DNA from: Amoebidium appalachense
Lineage: Eukaryota > Protista > Ichthyosporea
Assembly (NCBI GenBank): GCA_963693365.1
Contig: CAVNZM010000002.1
Coordinates: forward strand, 17,393,615-17,457,614
Direction of reading: 5' to 3'
DNA length: 64,000 nucleotides
The notes under the pieces: generated by a model
The model's input: only the letters and a program-made list of their open reading frames with translations
The model's database searches: none
What the model was told of the DNA's origin: nothing
Program-made: the position numbers and the translations under genes
Part shown: positions 29,832-64,000 of the stretch, piece by piece
Position numbering within the stretch: position 1 is the first letter of the stretch
Layout: every line of letters begins with the position of its first letter

Positions 29832-29869
29832 CAAGGCCTCCTAAATAGCACACCATTTAGGAGGCCTTG
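29832..29869. mobile_element. 38-bp miniature TIR element with 8-bp TSD
   Basis: CAAGGCCTCCTAAAT-AGCACACC-ATTTAGGAGGCCTTG flanked by GGCTTTCC at 29824-29831 and 29870-29877. The paralogous empty site at 23149-23156 has a single GGCTTTCC. Confidence 0.85.
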
Positions 29870-30350
29870 GGCTTTCCTAACCCCAAAAAATGTGGAAACA
29901 TTTTCGAAATCTAAGGACAAGTTCGTGGCCATAAACTCCGTAATCTCGCAGCCTGCAGCAGCATCACTGAAGTCCGGATCCAGTTGTCCAGATATACATA
30001 CAGGATCACCATATGTAGAAGCGTGAACCCCCGGGTTTGCAAATGATAATAATGATAATTGAATATATGACCACGGTCGGAGTGAGATAAGGGGAAACAG
30101 AGGGAGACAGCCTTTTTGATTTACATTTAGACAGAGAGAGAGACAGAGATGGAAGTTCTAGAGAGAGGGAGTAGGCCTAGCTCGACCTCGAGGAGGTGCA
30201 CGTGAGTGAGGAAGGCAAGGAGGAGGGGAAGCGGCCACGAGATCTGACAGTGATGGAAGGGGTACATGGGGGGGGGGGGGGGGGGGGAGGGAGAAGAGAA
30301 AGGGACAGAGGGAAAGAGAGAAAAAGAGAGAGAAAGAAACTTGCGTGCGT

Positions 30351-30386
<36 letters not shown>

Positions 30387-30420
30387 GGGAGGGGGGGAGA
30401 GAGAGAGAGAGAGAGGGAGG

Positions 30421-30451
<31 letters not shown>

Positions 30452-30669
30452 CCAGGAGGAATAGTAGAGAGAGAGGGGGGGGGGGAGGGAGGGAGGGAGG
30501 GAGGGAGGGGAGGGAGGGAGGGAGGGAGGGAGAGAGAGATAGAGAGAGAGAGAGATTGAGGTGGAGAGAGAGAGAGAATTACATTGAGGGGCGGGGGATA
30601 GAGAGAGGGGGAGGGGGGGGGAGGGGGAGAGCGAGTGACACAGGGAGGGAGGGAGGGAGGGAGGGAGGG

Positions 30670-30760
<91 letters not shown>

Positions 30761-31469
30761 CGAGAGAGAGAGGGAGAGAGTGAGAAGAGAGAGAGAGAGA
30801 TAGGGAGAGAGAGAGAGGGGGGGGGGAGGGGGAGGGGGGGGAGAGAGAGAGAGAGGAGGGGGTAGAGAGAGGGAGAGAGAGAGAGAGAGAGGGAGAGGGG
30901 GGGGGGGGGGAGAGAGAGAGAGACTGAGAGAGAGAGAGAGAGAGAGAGCTGAGAGAGAGAGTGTGTGTGTGTATGTGTGTGTGTGAGGGAGAGAGAGGTG
31001 ACTACTAAGAGATCAATAGATAGATAAAGAGAGAGCGAGGGTAACCACGAAGGTGGGGTGGGGACGAGAATGAAAGACAGAGAGAGTAACTGGTAGGTGT
31101 ACACATATAATTAACTCTTTAATATCAGCATTATTATCAGGAGGAGTGTTTTTGCCTCGAGGCCAAACAAAATTTGAAAGCTCATCCTGACGCTAGCTGT
31201 GAGCGTCTTCAGAGTTATACTATTAGCATACACGAAATGGCTGCGCCTGGTGTGAGCTGAGTGAGGACTGCATTTCCAGTTTGTTCAATCTACGGGGGCA
31301 GATTTGAATTAGCGGAGTAAAGACAATTAACAATGCGAACCGTCTTGTTCTATTTGCACCGGGCTTTTTTTGGTGTGTATTCCCATTGCCGGCAGTACCC
31401 CCCCCCCCCCCCCCCCCGGTACCTTTAATAAATCCTGGTCATGATCATTCTAAGATTTATCTCCATTTA

Positions 31470-31518
<49 letters not shown>

Positions 31519-31595
31519 CATCCACTACCCTTTCCATCTCCTCTTTCATATATCAAACATCATCTTTCGTCGCACCATGGCAGCCAGTTACTGTA

Positions 31596-31653
<58 letters not shown>

Positions 31654-32031
31654 ACCACACACACACACACACATAACTCCACCCCCACCCTTCTTTCCTT
31701 TCGATGATCACTCCTTGAATGGCTTCTTTAATACTAAGGGATTTCTGCCTCATCAAATCTTCATCGGCCCAAGCATTTCGAGTTTGAGTGGTTTCCCCAC
31801 CATTTAATTTTTTGTTTGTGTTTGCCCTGCGTACACAAGGCATCACCTTTGATATGGGTATATTACTTTGCACATTTTACGTGTCATATTACGATATTGC
31901 CCAGGTAAAGTAGGAAAATCGAGAGACCGTATCTTGATATACACATTGGCATATGTGACGTTTCAATCATGATCAGACATTCCAACCGTTTGGCATTTTA
32001 GGGATATTCGTTTAAATAGCATCACAATCTT

Positions 32032-32593
32032 CTACTCTTTGCCCGCAATGACCGTCAGGTTTGCGCAAATCTCACTGTCCTGCAGGTTGTAGTCGCTTGC
32101 ATTTGCGCAGTAGCTCAGGCAGGCCGAGGTGTCGACATCACACAGCGTCGCATTGGCCTCAGACTGGCACCAATACGACGGGCCCCACGTGCATGCCCGG
32201 TTGCCCACCACCACCTCCGACCCACACACGTTGCCCTTGGCCAGGGCCGGATACTCGTTTGTGTTGTTGCAGTAGACCTCGCTAGCATCCACCGTCATAT
32301 TGTATTGCGCTGCATTGGCTGTGGATGCACACCAGAAGGAGGGGCCCCAGGTGCATGGGTGGCACCCACGGGGTTGCAGATGTCGCTTGCGCTGGCGTTG
32401 AAGAAGCTGTCTGTGTTGTTTGCATCGCAAAAGACGTAGCAGTCGGCCACATTCACCCCGCACTGCTCGGCGTTGGCCTGCGACGCACACCAGTAGGACG
32501 GCCCATGCGTGCAGTTGTCGGTGCCGACGGGGGAGGGCAGGGCGGCACACAGGGTGCTGTTTTCGAGGCTGGGGTACTCGTTTGTGTTTGCGC
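32032..32593 (-). pseudogene. SapA-like repeat gene, copy 4 (5' half missing, frameshifted)
   Basis: Homology stops at about 32593 within repeat 3. 1-nt deletion near 32360 (GGGTGGC vs GGGTTGGC). Two Cys codons lost in repeat 5 (QY, DAS). Confidence 0.85.
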
Positions 32594-33220
32594 CAGCGTA
32601 ATAGGTGCCAGAAAACGCCAAACAGTTTCTGCTTATGTACTAGTCCCTCTGTGCGTGCACAAGCGGAGCTTAGAGACAGTAGGCCCGGGCCATGATGATT
32701 GGCCGAGCTGCTGCAAAAGTGTTAGCCAATCAGATGAACAATGGATACTGTATCAGCGCAGGAATGCGGACCGGCCGAAGCTGAATGAAGAGTAGGTCTG
32801 TAGTCGGAGGTGGCCGGATTTTTTCAAAGTTTGTAGGCTAGTAGCTGACTCATGATCACTAAATCCCTTGTTCTTGTTGGAGGGTGATTGGAGGGATGCG
32901 ACAGAGATTACATCTAGGTCAATTCGAATAGCGGGGGGGAGGGGGTGGGGGGAGGGGGGCCCAGGGAGGGGGGAGGGGGGGGGGGGGGGGGGGGAGGGGG
33001 GGGGGGGGGGAGAGAGGGGGAAGGGGAGCTCCAGGGGGAGAGGGGGGGGGGGGGGGGGGGGGGGGGGAAGGGCCGGGAGGCCACCGAATTTAAGCCGAGA
33101 TACACTAGCTAGTACTTGAAAGCAGCCCGGGCAAATTTTCTCCAAAAGCAGAGAGAACAGGGGCTCAGAGGGGAGAGAGAGAGGGGGAGAGAGAGCGAGA
33201 GAGAGCGAGAGAGCGAGAGC

Positions 33221-33285
<65 letters not shown>

Positions 33286-33442
33286 CGGCTTCTCTCAAAT
33301 TCGCTCTGTATGTGTTACACGGCCAGGTATGTGCATACATGTGCACATGTGTACAATTTGACATGTTTGTGTTTTAGCTACATGTGGATCGGGCCTGCCA
33401 GGCTAGAGAGGTCCGGGAAGGGGGGGGGGGGGGGGGGGGGGG

Positions 33443-33480
<38 letters not shown>

Positions 33481-33518
33481 CGGCAAGTGAGAGACCTAGT
33501 CGAGAGATCTCAGAGAGG

Positions 33519-33558
<40 letters not shown>

Positions 33559-34461
33559 ATGAATCCGTGTATTTGTCTACCATGTGCATCTAGCTACTAA
33601 TCACTGCGGATGCCGTGATGGCGGAACCAACAAACACGAACTTATGCGCATGCATGCACCATAATGTGTGCACATACACGCCTGTATGACGGTATGTATA
33701 AGTACTACAATATGCATGTATGTGTGTATGTATTCAAGTTATGTGACATCGACATGCAAACAGTATTTGTGTCTTGCAGCACCAGGCTGCCATATGCTTT
33801 ATTCATAGCTTCAGTGGTTAGGCCCAAACCAAGACCCGGCTGACCCACCCAATCACTGCCATCATGGAATTCTTTCAAAATCAAACCCATCTCATTTCAC
33901 AAACCTCACGCACCATGAAATGGCATGTTCCCATTTCCCTACACTGGTACTGATGCACCTTGCATTAACAAAATGAGAAAGTCACAATAGAGACGAGCAG
34001 AGGAGCTACTACCAATCAAGTGAGTGTTATCCCCCCCCCCCCCCCCCCCCCCCCCCTCCCCTCACTGGTACCTCCACCACCCACTCGCAAGCAGAGATAA
34101 TGATTGTTGGACACATCAAACCAAAGGTGTAGCCACGCACTGCAAATAAGCACACGCTTATTGTAAGAACCATTTCATGTCACTACGGCCCATAATACGT
34201 TTGCTGCACACAGCGTGTGCATATACAGATCATGCGAGTTCTTTCATGTCATGTTAGCACAGGCAACAACAGCATGTCCAAGTGCATTCTTCCTTTCTCA
34301 GACTGTTTATCCCCAGATACAATTCAAGAAAAACAACGACAAAGTGATCATAAAAACCACGAACTCTAGCAATGATATCTTATATAGATAAACCTAAATG
34401 AATTGACAGAATAAATACTGTACAAAGAACATGGGCATGCTCACACAAGAACTACCACAAA

Positions 34462-63559
<29,098 letters not shown>

Positions 63560-63755
63560 CTGTAGCAACACAGTACATCAGAACCTTAAAGATAATGGTT
63601 GCAGACCTTAAATACACTGATGAGAAGTGCTGTAACGGGATTCCAACCGGGCAAACATTGTCATTAGTTTGTTTGAAAACTCCGTGATATACACAGGCTG
63701 TGGGGTTGCGAGCAGGTTGGAGGAAAGGGGCAGAGGCCGCAGGGGGGAAAGGGGG

Positions 63756-63869
63756 TTTTGAATGCGTAAAAAAAAAGAAAGAAGAAAAAAAAAAAGGAAA
63801 AAAAAATGAGAAAGAAAGCATAATAAAGAATATATAAAGAGGGCCCCAGGGGGGGGGGGGCGCCAGCCA

Positions 63870-63905
<36 letters not shown>

Positions 63906-64000
63906 GGAACAAGGAAAACAAAAAAAAAAAAGGAAAAAGAAAAAAAAAAGGGGGGGAGGGGGGGGGGGGGAGGGGGGGGGGGGGGGGGGGTTTTGAATGC
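63756..64000 (-). mobile_element. Degraded 3' ends of the intronic repeat family (63756-~63860 and 63991-64000)
   Basis: G run + TTTTGAATGC(GT) occurs twice, the first followed by an A-rich degraded version of the tail and GGGCCCCAGGGGG. The sequence here looks low quality. Confidence 0.5.

Overview
Eukaryotic genomic DNA with very high intron density. Introns are full of (CA)n/(GT)n/(GA)n microsatellites and 15-70 nt poly-C/poly-G tracts, so most of the supplied ORF track is repeat noise. A unicellular opisthokont is plausible but not demonstrable from this window. Three blocks: (1) a 21-exon, 5'-incomplete MOV10/Armitage/SDE3-type SF1 RNA helicase gene on + (11-15968); (2) a tandem array of intronless, signal-peptide-bearing genes made of six saposin-A-type Cys repeats on - (three intact copies and one broken copy, 16876-32593), whose spacers carry a solo-LTR-like insert, a 28S rRNA/LINE-RT chimeric retro-insertion and a 38-bp TIR element; (3) a ~44-exon, 5'-incomplete RRP5/PDCD11 gene on - (34462-63559). 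The most notable unexplained signal is a ~1.1-kb non-coding, structured repeat present in up to 8 intronic copies. All are co-oriented with the host gene, share a 3' end that runs into poly-C, are variably 5'-truncated, and carry a covarying pseudoknot-like core. Exon coordinates were read by eye and may be off by a few bases.
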